A stretch of DNA of 53,461 nt from Candidatus Moraniibacteriota bacterium (lineage in GTDB: Bacteria > Patescibacteriota > Minisyncoccia > Moranbacterales > UBA9337), in the NCBI GenBank assembly GCA_023229615.1, contig JALNYX010000002.1, forward strand, positions 8,797 to 62,257, in the 5' to 3' direction. A program made the translations under genes and the position numbers. This document shows positions 26,701-35,012 of this stretch, piece after piece (the first letter of the stretch is position 1; the number at the start of each line of letters is the position of its first letter). The notes beneath the pieces were generated by a model. It ran no database searches. It saw only the letters and a program-made list of their open reading frames with translations, and was not told the DNA's origin.

Positions 26701-27365
26701 TGTAAATCACCAATAGTATTGCCATCCATGGTTGCAGTACCATTCGATGATACAGAAAATCCGTAACCGGTGACACCAGAAGCTGTAATCCCTCTATAAG
26801 TAGAGTGCTGTTTGTTTCTAACCCATACGCCATCAACACCTCCAGAAGCGATAACATTATATACACTAACCTCTTCATCAAGGGTATTAGAAATGCCATC
26901 CAAAAATACACCCCTAGATATATAGTTCGTAATGCTAAAACCATCCAATGTAAGATAGTCAATACCAAGAGCTGATGAAGTAAATCCGTAAGCCGCTCCA
27001 CTTGCGTCTATTGTACAAACATCCCCTTCAACGCACTGCACTGTAACAGGGTGTCCGGAAGTCCCTACATCTGCGTTATTCCATGTAATCTGTCCATTAT
27101 ATGTTCCTGCTGATACCAAGCAAACGTCATCAGCTCCCATAACATGGTTCGTAGAACATCCTTGTATTGTTGTTTCATTGCATCCGCTAGCACAAACGGT
27201 ATATGTCGCCGCGCTCGCCTCCCCTGCAAATCCGAAAAATCCCAATCCGCAAACAAAAAATAAAATCGCGAAAAATCCGAAACGGATTACGCGATTATGA
27301 ACGCCGAAAGATATTTTTTTATTTTCTAACTCTTGTCCGCCATTAACTCTCTCTTGATTTTCCAT
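23781..27365 (-). CDS. giant surface protein: signal anchor + right-handed parallel beta-helix + Ig/FN3-like modules + C-terminal LysM
   Basis: 1194 aa. TM FGFFAILFFVCGLGFFGFAG. Beta-helix repeats ending ..DLDGNPIYGLPDIGAYEYQ. FN3-like ..ITITWKTDHNTKSTIRYGT...LQPNTKYYFRIKATD. LysM YSVQSGDTLWSIAKQVYGDATQYQKIIEKN. Confidence 0.85.
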   Translation of the reverse strand: MENQERVNGGQELENKKISFGVHNRVIRFGFFAILFFVCGLGFFGFAGEASAATYTVCASGCNETTIQGCSTNHVMGADDVCLVSAGTYNGQITWNNADVGTSGHPVTVQCVEGDVCTIDASGAAYGFTSSALGIDYLTLDGFSITNYISRGVFLDGISNTLDEEVSVYNVIASGGVDGVWVRNKQHSTYRGITASGVTGYGFSVSSNGTATMDGNTIGDLHITNGGISSNTGPVNILYQHDLTIDDDVTISDTDAGAAGISFRACSGILTMDHDVVVTITNSGSDSFVIITSSCLLNLNGRISVVNSGNTGLTFSSDNSFPEGSYINRVEVDGAVLNGISNYASNTRFKSFYLKDCSNDGIYTSTGTNKVYTSDFSLGYGLSMIEEAGWDGFSSATGISKIEKTIIRHCGGGDGIPINEGDAITGHTDSVVSAYNNLIYENDNTCFAFIGGTTLHAYNNTCINNGVIGGSRSSIWTDNDTGTVDLQNNIIYGGLPYSIFANDATALGTILSSYNLYYPDVAATAFSTTNGGTTKQADLVAWKTASLQDANSIQNNPLFVSSSDYYLQSDSPAIDAGTDLSITSDLDGNPIYGLPDIGAYEYQPPNDMVGASKDEIDIEAGARIYGDGKFRDLATTSGTTANLTVTPSSGSFPTYTTEVRPAWMDITKATDEDAIIWETDHKKWKESSTTLGATNTLHTVGDLTAGKAYSLRIDDTLATANITGTDCVDGVCTADELGKITFTYTGGYSDHTFDITDDVAPIITVTSPETLDTVSGDDTLTFTDSETTDPECSIDNSNWVNCVSTVTSFSDLTNWDDIAESDTFTLYMRDTDSSNNTGTANVSNLTKADTQAPVRSEGLPSSELSSGTTSTTLSLTTSETAVCKYSNTPGTAYADMTELFTTEDGIIHTKDISNLSDGSSYSYYVRCQDLSENANDTDYLISFSVASPQDVEEDTDEEKDLDIHSVKAQSSENSITITWKTDHNTKSTIRYGTNKNLKEKKKDNDKEKKHKIVLKDLQPNTKYYFRIKATDSNDNEDSSRIHSTTTKSLPVLVISNQNVDTKENSTENQNSKMQESESQPVSKSPESATPNICTYSVQSGDTLWSIAKQVYGDATQYQKIIEKNQDKYPDIETKLSIGQELSFDCGDNNTVQGDSDKKVTERKTDTTENTNQNQESSTSLPDNEFRWWKPWTWF

Positions 27366-27619
27366 TGTTTTTGAACATTTTATTTTTCATTTGTTGACCT
27401 ATGGGATTATTATACAATATTTAACAAGCATTTGGAAGTTTTATTTTATTTCTAGCATTTTCAACTATCTTTCCACTTCTATCAACAATTTATCATCTAT
27501 TAGATAGAGTGCGTTTTATTAATATAATCTTTACTATATTCTGATAAAAGTATGTTTTTTAGGAACTTTGACACCAGGCTGCAAATTGAGCTACCATAAC
27601 ATTATTATACCTACATCTT

Positions 27620-29233
27620 ATGGATATCGTCAGAAAAAAAAAGTTGCCTCAAGAAAAACCAAAAAACTTTGACTCTTTTACTCCCAAAAAAAGTGTCCGC
27701 TTTCAATATCCCTCAGATGATGACAACCACTTTGTGCCTCAGAAATCAGAACCAATCAAAAAAGAAAAACGGAAGAAAGGATCAGTCCTAAAAAAAATAT
27801 TCTTCACTCTTTTTTTTCTTGCCCTGCTAATTTCTATTCCTGTTTATTTTTCCTGGAAAATAAATTCAATAGGACAAAAAATAACCCTGTCGTCAAATGA
27901 CAGTGGAAAATCATCAAATGAAAGCCCTCTTCTCCCGCTTTCTTCCTTACTTTCCAGCCAAGAAAAAATCACCTTAGAAGGAGAAAATGATGGAAGAATA
28001 AATATTCTGATGCTTGGAATTGCAGGAGAAAACAAGCCAGGGAAAAATCTTACTGACACCATCATAATTATGAGCATTAACACGACTACCAAAAAAATCG
28101 GACTCCTTTCACTTCCGCGCGACCTCTACACGAACATTCCAAAAACAACAAAATACACGAAAATAAACTCTGTTTACCAATATGGACTAGACAATGACCA
28201 AGGAATAACGCCTATAAAAGAAACTGTTGAAAACATTACCGGACTCAACATCCCCTATTTCCTGGTTGTCGATTTTGAAGGTTTTGAAAAGATAATTGAC
28301 AACCTTGGAGGAATCAACGTTAATGTTGAAAGAGATATTTATGATGCCCGATATCCTGGACCAAATTATAGCTACGAAACATTTGAAATCAAAAAAGGTC
28401 TACAAAAAATCGACGGCGCCACCGCCCTCAAATACGCGCGCGAACGCCACAATGACCCAGAGGGAGATTTTGGACGCGCCAAACGACAACAGCAAGTCAT
28501 CCAGGCTGTCAAAAACAAAGCATTCTCCCTAAAAACATTCTTCAATTTCATCACCATCAATAATCTGCTAGATACATTAGGAAACCACGTAAAAACAAAT
28601 ATACAATTAGATGAAATAAAAAGTTTCATCGAACTTAGTCGACAAGTAGATACTCAGAATATTTCCACCACGGTGGTGGATGCTTGGAAAAAAGACAGTT
28701 TACTCAAAGTTTCTCACGTTTTTTATGGAGATACCCGAGCCTTCATCCTGGTTCCAAGAGCTGGAAATTATAGCGAAATTCAAGAATTATCTTCAAATAT
28801 TTTCAATCTCGATTTTGCCACCAAAAAGAACAAGGCGATAATAAAAGAAGAGGCAAAAATTGCCATTATAAACGCTAGCAATGAAACCGCACTCGCTCAA
28901 AAAATAGTCGGATTATTGCAAGACAAAATCAAGCTGGGAACTGTTTCAATTATTAAAAATCCAACCAAAGAAAAAATCTCTACCACTTCAGTTTTTGATG
29001 CCACAAGAAGATCGAAACCATTCACTCTTAATGAAATCGCCAAAAAACTTCCAGCTACCATATCTGACAGTAAAAATGCTATACTAAATAACATTGAATT
29101 GGAGGATTATGATTTCATAATAACACTGGGCGATGATCTAATCCCACTCTATTCATTCGAAGAAGACTCTATCGAAGACATTCAGGATTCTAATATTGAT
29201 CAAATGTATCTGGATCTATTTGAACAAAAATAA
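27620..29233 (+). CDS. LCP (LytR-CpsA-Psr) family cell-envelope phosphotransferase
   Basis: 537 aa. TM anchor. LCP core NILMLGIAGE..TDTIIIMSIN..GLLSLPRDLY...ALKYARERH. LytR_C-like C-terminal domain. Confidence 0.85.
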   Translation: MDIVRKKKLPQEKPKNFDSFTPKKSVRFQYPSDDDNHFVPQKSEPIKKEKRKKGSVLKKIFFTLFFLALLISIPVYFSWKINSIGQKITLSSNDSGKSSNESPLLPLSSLLSSQEKITLEGENDGRINILMLGIAGENKPGKNLTDTIIIMSINTTTKKIGLLSLPRDLYTNIPKTTKYTKINSVYQYGLDNDQGITPIKETVENITGLNIPYFLVVDFEGFEKIIDNLGGINVNVERDIYDARYPGPNYSYETFEIKKGLQKIDGATALKYARERHNDPEGDFGRAKRQQQVIQAVKNKAFSLKTFFNFITINNLLDTLGNHVKTNIQLDEIKSFIELSRQVDTQNISTTVVDAWKKDSLLKVSHVFYGDTRAFILVPRAGNYSEIQELSSNIFNLDFATKKNKAIIKEEAKIAIINASNETALAQKIVGLLQDKIKLGTVSIIKNPTKEKISTTSVFDATRRSKPFTLNEIAKKLPATISDSKNAILNNIELEDYDFIITLGDDLIPLYSFEEDSIEDIQDSNIDQMYLDLFEQK

Positions 29234-29255
29234 CAAAACCTAATATTAAAAATAT

Positions 29256-29792
29256 ATGTTGCTAATCATCGGACTAGGGAATCCTGGAAAAGAATATGAA
29301 AAAACCCGGCACAATACAGGGTTCATTCTACTGGATAAATTCCAAGAAAAATGGAATTTTCCGCAATTTAAAATCGAAAAAAAATTCAACGCAGAAATTT
29401 CAACCGAAATTCAAAATGGAGAAAAAATAATCCTCGCCAAACCGCAAACTTTTATGAATTTATCAGGAGATTCAGTGCGAAAATTGATGGATTTTTACAA
29501 ATTAACTCCCCAAGAAATAATCATCATTCATGACGCCTTGGACATTCTCCTAGGAACGTTCAAAATAGCAACCAACTCTTCTTCGGCCGGACACAACGGA
29601 GTACAAAATATTATTGAAAAAATCGGCACTCAAGAACTCAGAAGATTTAGGATCGGATTAGGAGAAGAAACAACCAACACTCCCAACTGCCGATTAGGTG
29701 CTCACGATTTCGTCCTTGGAAAACTTTCCGACCAAGAAACAGAAAAAATCACAGCTCTCATTCCTGAAATTGAACAGAAAATATTTTCCTAG
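29256..29792 (+). CDS. pth: peptidyl-tRNA hydrolase
   Basis: MLLIIGLGNPGKEYEKTRHNTGF... is canonical Pth. Confidence 0.95.
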   Translation: MLLIIGLGNPGKEYEKTRHNTGFILLDKFQEKWNFPQFKIEKKFNAEISTEIQNGEKIILAKPQTFMNLSGDSVRKLMDFYKLTPQEIIIIHDALDILLGTFKIATNSSSAGHNGVQNIIEKIGTQELRRFRIGLGEETTNTPNCRLGAHDFVLGKLSDQETEKITALIPEIEQKIFS

Positions 29793-29856
29793 ATTCAATT
29801 TAATCGACAGAGCAGATAATATCTAAAACTCGCGCGATTTTCCAAAAAAACACTCC

Positions 29857-30246
29857 TTATTTTTTCCACAATCCGTGAATATTGCAATACTCCCTAACTT
29901 CTTCAATTTCTTCCTTATTAATCGCAAATTCAGCCTCAGGAGCATTGCCAGACCTAAGATATTTTCGACAACTTTTTCCATCTTTGGTTATCACTTCAAT
30001 CCACTGAATATAATGAGTTTCTTCCATTGGATGCGCCACTTCTCCTACTTTCACCACAACTCCCTCCCCATTCACTTCAATTACAGGAACGTGTTTTTCC
30101 ATTCCTTGATCTTGTGTTTTTGCCTCCAAAAGTTCCATTGGCTGGTTGCAACAAACCAATTCTCCGCCTCCAACATTAACCACCTCCACGATATTTCCGC
30201 AGACATTGCATTTATAGATCTGATTTTTCAATGATACGTTTGCCAT
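29857..30246 (-). CDS. dfx: desulfoferrodoxin (class I superoxide reductase)
   Basis: N-terminal desulforedoxin CNVCGN..VCCNQPM plus neelaredoxin centre [28 protein letters not shown]. The start is set at ATG 30246, because the track start 30276 is a TTG extension. Confidence 0.85.
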   Translation of the reverse strand: MANVSLKNQIYKCNVCGNIVEVVNVGGGELVCCNQPMELLEAKTQDQGMEKHVPVIEVNGEGVVVKVGEVAHPMEETHYIQWIEVITKDGKSCRKYLRSGNAPEAEFAINKEEIEEVREYCNIHGLWKK

Positions 30247-30343
30247 AGTTTTGCATAACTTGGTATTCTTGCTCAAGAAACCAAAGTTAAAAGTTAAAAT
30301 TTAATATTTACATTTATTACTACTCGCTTGCACAAAATAAATT

Positions 30344-31285
30344 CTAATTCCCTATTTTTTCTTCCATTTTTGTGTCCTGCAAATAAAGTGGCAACGCAAC
30401 CAAGCTTACTAAAAGTTGGATAACCCTGCTCAAAATCACCACAGAAATCGCGGCGCTTGATGGCACTCCGAAAATACCAAAAAATGCGATATACGCCCAT
30501 TCTTTCACTCCAATATTTCCAACACTTATTGGAACGGAAGAAATAATGCTAATAAAAAAAATTACACTTAAATAGTTAAGTACTCCGATATTAATTCCGA
30601 CAGCCGCAAACAATACATAATTACAAAATGCCAATCCGACAAAAGAGAAACCAGTTGCCCAAATCATTGAGAAAAAAATTATTTTAAAATTTCGATACTC
30701 AGACAATTCTTCAAAATGTTTGGAAATAACTTTCGGTAAAAAACCAGAAATCCTTTGAACAAATTTGGATGGATAAAAATATGCCAAGCCAGCGACAATA
30801 AGAAGCACTACCCCTACTCCATAAATAAAATAATTCCAAATTGCAAATTTCTCCATCACCCCCAAATTAAACAATCCGAAAACCACACCCAAAATCATCG
30901 CAGTTAAAAGTCCACTCACTCTGTCAAAAACCACCGATGAAGCGCTGGAATGGATTTTTTTTTCCGCGCGTCCCAACGCCACGACGCGATATGTATCCCC
31001 TCCCACAAAAGAAGGAAAAAAATTATTCAGAAATATTCCGAGAACATATGTCTTAACAAAAAAATAAAATGGCTGTGAAAATCCCTTAAAATTAGCCAGT
31101 ATTTTCCATTTATAAGAAGAAATAAGTATTCCCACTACGTACAATATCACAAACAGCAAAAGAAAATAAAAATTAACCCCAATCAAATATCTCAAAACTT
31201 CTTTCCAATTAACAGAAAAAATCAACCAGCCGACCAAAATCAAGCTTACTATAATTTTAACTATATTCTTTGATCTTTTTGACAT
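30344..31285 (-). CDS. flippase-like polytopic membrane protein (LPG_synthase_TM / UPF0104-like)
   Basis: 313 aa, 8 or more TM helices. Family assignment comes from overall pattern and from its position next to GT2/GT4 genes. Confidence 0.6.
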   Translation of the reverse strand: MSKRSKNIVKIIVSLILVGWLIFSVNWKEVLRYLIGVNFYFLLLFVILYVVGILISSYKWKILANFKGFSQPFYFFVKTYVLGIFLNNFFPSFVGGDTYRVVALGRAEKKIHSSASSVVFDRVSGLLTAMILGVVFGLFNLGVMEKFAIWNYFIYGVGVVLLIVAGLAYFYPSKFVQRISGFLPKVISKHFEELSEYRNFKIIFFSMIWATGFSFVGLAFCNYVLFAAVGINIGVLNYLSVIFFISIISSVPISVGNIGVKEWAYIAFFGIFGVPSSAAISVVILSRVIQLLVSLVALPLYLQDTKMEEKIGN

Positions 31286-31317
31286 AATTTAATAAAAAAT
31301 GAGTATTCTTAGATTAA

Positions 31318-31474
31318 TTTCCAAAAATATAATTTTTTATAAAAATTTTTGGTGGGAACCATGGAAAATTGATACATTTTATCCAGTGATATTATCGGCA
31401 TCATCTTTCCATTAGAACTATAAAGTTCGTGACCTGGCCCCGGAAATTTTTATAAAAAATTATATTTTTGGAAA
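31318..31474. repeat. 31-bp perfect inverted repeat flanking a 95-nt core (long-hairpin / MITE-like element)
   Basis: Left arm 31318-31348 TTTCCAAAAATATAATTTTTTATAAAAATTT is the exact reverse complement of right arm 31444-31474. The core contains its own ATGGAAA / TTTCCAT stem. Confidence 0.85.
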
Positions 31475-31485
31475 ACGAAAAATAA

Positions 31486-32652
31486 TCAACCAACATTTCT
31501 GTACAAATTCACATACTGCTTTGCCACTTTTTCCCAACTCATCTTCTCGGCAATTTTTCGGCTCTCGCGCCCCATCCGCACCCTCAACTCCTCATTGGAA
31601 ATTATTTTTTCCAATTTTTCCGCCAAATCGCGAGCATCTTTCATCTTCACAATATAACCATTAACTCCCTCCTTAACCAATTCATCCGCCCCTCCAGTAT
31701 CAGTGGAAACAATTGGCAAACCACTGGAAAGCGCCTCCAGCATCGCATTACTCATCCCTTCATTGAGTGACGGCAAAACAAAAATATCCGCTTTTTGATA
31801 ATAAGAAAAAGTTTTCTCCCGCGGAACTCTCCCAAGAAACTTCACTTTTTTTTCCAATCCAAGCTTTTTTGTTTGATTTTCCAAATCATCTTTCGCATCA
31901 CCCTCTCCCATAATTTCCACAAAAATATTGGGAAATTTTTCCTTAAGTAAATCCACCGCCTCAATCAAATAATTAATTCCCTTACGAGCAGTCACCCTCG
32001 TCGCTCCTATTGTCAAATAAATTTTTCCATTTTCTTTCCTTGAATTATCCGCCTTAAATTCTTCAATATCTATTCCATTATAAATCACGCCTATTTCTTG
32101 CTTGCTATCCGTTTGATGCGCCAAACTTTTGAGTCCCTTACTATTTGCAACAACCGCCGCGGATTTATTCCAAATATGTTTTATAAAAAAAGAAATTGTC
32201 CTATATATAAACCCGAACCGATCGCTATATCCCGGAACATCGCTTCCTCGCAAGGAAATAATATATGGTATTTTATTTTGCCACCAAAGCGCCCAGGAAA
32301 TCGCCCCGCAAGGAACTGTAAAAAATGAATGCGTCGCATCATACTTATTTCTCTTAACCAATTTTTTGGCAAAAAAATATGCCCTCCAAGCGTACACAAT
32401 AAGTTCTTTCTGCGATTGAAAGTGCAGATTGGATTCATTTTTACCAATCGGCAAACGATGCACACGCACATTTTTTCCAATTTTTTCCAAATGATATGCT
32501 CCATCAATTGAAGAAGTAATCAAATCAACCTCCAAATCATCGATTTTTACGTATTCACGCAAAAGAAAAAAAGTGGCATTCGCCGCCCCTCCTCCCAACG
32601 GAGGATATTCATAATTAAAAAAAAGTATTTTCATTTTTTCATATTTCTTCAT
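31486..32652 (-). CDS. glycosyltransferase family 4
   Basis: 388 aa. ..LPSLNEGMSNAMLEALSSGLPIVSTDTGGADELV.. is the GT4 EX7E region. Confidence 0.85.
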   Translation of the reverse strand: MKKYEKMKILFFNYEYPPLGGGAANATFFLLREYVKIDDLEVDLITSSIDGAYHLEKIGKNVRVHRLPIGKNESNLHFQSQKELIVYAWRAYFFAKKLVKRNKYDATHSFFTVPCGAISWALWWQNKIPYIISLRGSDVPGYSDRFGFIYRTISFFIKHIWNKSAAVVANSKGLKSLAHQTDSKQEIGVIYNGIDIEEFKADNSRKENGKIYLTIGATRVTARKGINYLIEAVDLLKEKFPNIFVEIMGEGDAKDDLENQTKKLGLEKKVKFLGRVPREKTFSYYQKADIFVLPSLNEGMSNAMLEALSSGLPIVSTDTGGADELVKEGVNGYIVKMKDARDLAEKLEKIISNEELRVRMGRESRKIAEKMSWEKVAKQYVNLYRNVG

Positions 32653-32682
32653 TTTTCGAAAAACACCAACCGATACAAGAAA

Positions 32683-33633
32683 CTACTGTCGTTTAATAGA
32701 CTTTATCACATAATTCATTCTTCCGTGATTTTTGTAATAGTTTTTCACAATAATATCCGCGAGGAGTCCAGAAACAAAAAGTTGAACACCCACCAAAATC
32801 ATAAACAATCCAACCAGTGGCCATATCTTGTCCGAAAGCTCCGCTCCAAAAAATATTTTTCCAACCAGCATCCAAATTAAAATTGCAACACCCGCAAAAG
32901 AAAGAAACGCCCCGCTTCCGCCAAAAAGATGCAGAGGTCGGCTGGAATATTTTCTCCAAAACCAAACAGAAACCATATCAACAATTCCCTTTACTCCTCG
33001 TTTCCAATTATATTTTGTCACTCCTGCTACTCGCGGATGATGATTCACTTTCACTTCTCCCACCTTCCAACCATCCAACTCCAATATCGCTGGAATAAAA
33101 CGATGCATTTCCCCAAACAAATCAATTGTCTTGAGCGCTTCGGATCGATATACCTTCAATGAGCATCCGCTATCATGAATATTATCCTGGATGAGAATTT
33201 TTCGAAGAATATTCGCCGCCCTAGATGACAAGTGCTTGCTCAAGGAATCTTTTCTTTGCCAGCGCCATCCGGAAACCACATCAAATCCTTCCTCCATCTT
33301 TTCTAACAGTTTTGAAATATCATCCGGATCATTTTGCAAATCGCCATCCATCGTCACAATCAATTCTCCTCGCGCCGCTTTGAAACCAGCATCGAAAGCC
33401 GCAGTCTGTCCAAAATTTTTCCGTTGCTCGATCAGGACCAATGGGGATAAATTTTTGCATTTTTCCACTGTTGCGTCCCTTGATCCATCATCCACGAAAA
33501 TAATTTCAAAACTGCGTCCCAACTTTTTGCATGCCGCTAATATTTTTTCATGCAATTTTTCAACATTACCCTCTTCATTGTACAAAGGCACCACCACTGA
33601 AATATCCAATTTTTCCGATTCCTGCATAGACAT
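32683..33633 (-). CDS. GT2 polyprenyl-phosphate glycosyltransferase (GtrB/ArnC/DPM1-like) with C-terminal TM helices
   Basis: 316 aa. VVVPLYNEE, FVDDGSRD, MDGDLQNDP (DXD), two C-terminal TM helices. Confidence 0.85.
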   Translation of the reverse strand: MSMQESEKLDISVVVPLYNEEGNVEKLHEKILAACKKLGRSFEIIFVDDGSRDATVEKCKNLSPLVLIEQRKNFGQTAAFDAGFKAARGELIVTMDGDLQNDPDDISKLLEKMEEGFDVVSGWRWQRKDSLSKHLSSRAANILRKILIQDNIHDSGCSLKVYRSEALKTIDLFGEMHRFIPAILELDGWKVGEVKVNHHPRVAGVTKYNWKRGVKGIVDMVSVWFWRKYSSRPLHLFGGSGAFLSFAGVAILIWMLVGKIFFGAELSDKIWPLVGLFMILVGVQLFVSGLLADIIVKNYYKNHGRMNYVIKSIKRQ

Positions 33634-33712
33634 ATAATTTTATAAATATTTATTACCAATTTCACTTTTTATTATACCTCAAATAAAAGAGGGCTACAAT
33701 AAGAGATATTTA

Positions 33713-33741
33713 TTGACATAATCCCTGTTTTTACGTAATCT
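33713..33741 (+). promoter_or_regulatory. sigma70-like promoter of thiI
   Basis: TTGACA (33713-33718), 17 nt, TAATCT (33736-33741). Only 9 nt separate the -10 from the ATG at 33751. Confidence 0.45.
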
Positions 33742-33750
33742 TAACGGGAT

Positions 33751-34956
33751 ATGAAGCGACACATCATAATCCACTACAATGAAATTGCCCTTAAGGGAGG
33801 AAATCGCCGATATTTCGAAACTATCTTAATTCAAAACATTCAGACCTTCCTCCAGCGAGATTTTCCGGAAATGCAGTTTGAAACCAAAAATCTCTTTGGG
33901 CGTATTTTAGTTTCCACATCAAAAAGCATCGACGCTGAAGCGGAAAATAAAATAACGGAAATTCTCAAGCTTGTTTTTGGAATTGCCAATTTTTCTTTTG
34001 CTTGGAATTTTTCCCGCGATCTGGAAGAAATTCAAAAAAATATCTGGCAAATCGTCAAAAAAGAAAAACTCGAAAAAAAATTGAAAACATTCAGAATAAG
34101 CGCTCGCCGATCAGACAAAAGCTTCCCTCTCACCTCAAATCAAATCAACCAACAAATTGGAAGCTACTTATTTTTGAAACTTGAAAAAAAATTCCCAAAA
34201 ATAAAAGTAAGCCTAAAAAATCCAAATCTAAACTGCTTCATTGAAATAACTGAAAAAACATCCTTCGTTTATTTTGAGAAAATAAAAGGAGCCGGAGGAA
34301 TTCCGGTTTCAGCCTCCGGTAAAGCCTTGGCACTTCTCTCTGGAGGAATTGATTCTCCGGTCGCTGCCTACTTCGGAATGAAAAGAGGAGTAAAAATCGA
34401 TTTTATCCATTTTCATTCTCTGCCTTTTGTTTCACCGGCATCAATAGAAAAAGTCAAACAATTGGCAAAAATCACATCCAGATTTCAACCGAGTTCTAAA
34501 ATATTTCTCGTTCCATTTGGAAATATTCAAAAAGAAATATTAATCAATATTCCAGAAAAATTACGCATACTTTTTTATCGCCGTTTAATGATGCAAATCT
34601 CTGAATCCATTGCTAAAAAAGAAAAGTATTTGGCCCTCTATACCGGAGAATCAGTCGCCCAGGTTGCCTCGCAAACTCTGGAAAATATCCACGCCACCAA
34701 TGAAGCGGTAGAAATTCTCGTTCTACGACCATTAATTGGCTTCGACAAAGAAGACATCATCGCCAAGGCGCAAGAAATCAGAACATTTGAGACATCCATC
34801 ATTCCCCATCAAGATTGTTGCACCCGTTTTGTCCCCAAACATCCTGAAACGCGCGCTAAAATTGAAGAAATAAAAAAAGCCGAAAAAAATCTCGACATAC
34901 CAAAAATCATTCAATCAGCTTTAAAAAATATGGAGATTGAAAAAATAAATCAATAA
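33751..34956 (+). CDS. thiI: tRNA 4-thiouridine synthase ThiI (THUMP + PP-loop ATPase, no rhodanese domain)
   Basis: 401 aa. PP-loop LLSGGIDSPVAA. N-terminal ferredoxin-like/THUMP region. Confidence 0.9.
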   Translation: MKRHIIIHYNEIALKGGNRRYFETILIQNIQTFLQRDFPEMQFETKNLFGRILVSTSKSIDAEAENKITEILKLVFGIANFSFAWNFSRDLEEIQKNIWQIVKKEKLEKKLKTFRISARRSDKSFPLTSNQINQQIGSYLFLKLEKKFPKIKVSLKNPNLNCFIEITEKTSFVYFEKIKGAGGIPVSASGKALALLSGGIDSPVAAYFGMKRGVKIDFIHFHSLPFVSPASIEKVKQLAKITSRFQPSSKIFLVPFGNIQKEILINIPEKLRILFYRRLMMQISESIAKKEKYLALYTGESVAQVASQTLENIHATNEAVEILVLRPLIGFDKEDIIAKAQEIRTFETSIIPHQDCCTRFVPKHPETRAKIEEIKKAEKNLDIPKIIQSALKNMEIEKINQ

Positions 34957-34989
34957 AAAAACTTGACCACTGCCGGTCAAGTTTTTTTG
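34954..34989. terminator. bidirectional intrinsic terminator between convergent genes
   Basis: AAAAAAA-ACTTGACC-actgcc-GGTCAAGT-TTTTTT. Confidence 0.65.
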
Positions 34990-35012
34990 ACACATTTATC
35001 AAGAAAAATTAC

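Noticed and set aside
31349-31443. Core of the inverted-repeat element as an SRP-like RNA (minus strand begins CCGGGGCCAGGTCACG)
   Set aside because: It only superficially resembles the CCAGGTCAGG motif. There is no GGAA tetraloop / AGCAGC partner and the end pairing is weak.
33191-33637. 148-aa plus-strand ORF, plus other nested ORFs at 32098-33162 and 24703-25116
   Set aside because: All are antisense or out-of-frame within strongly supported GT2/GT4 and surface-protein genes.
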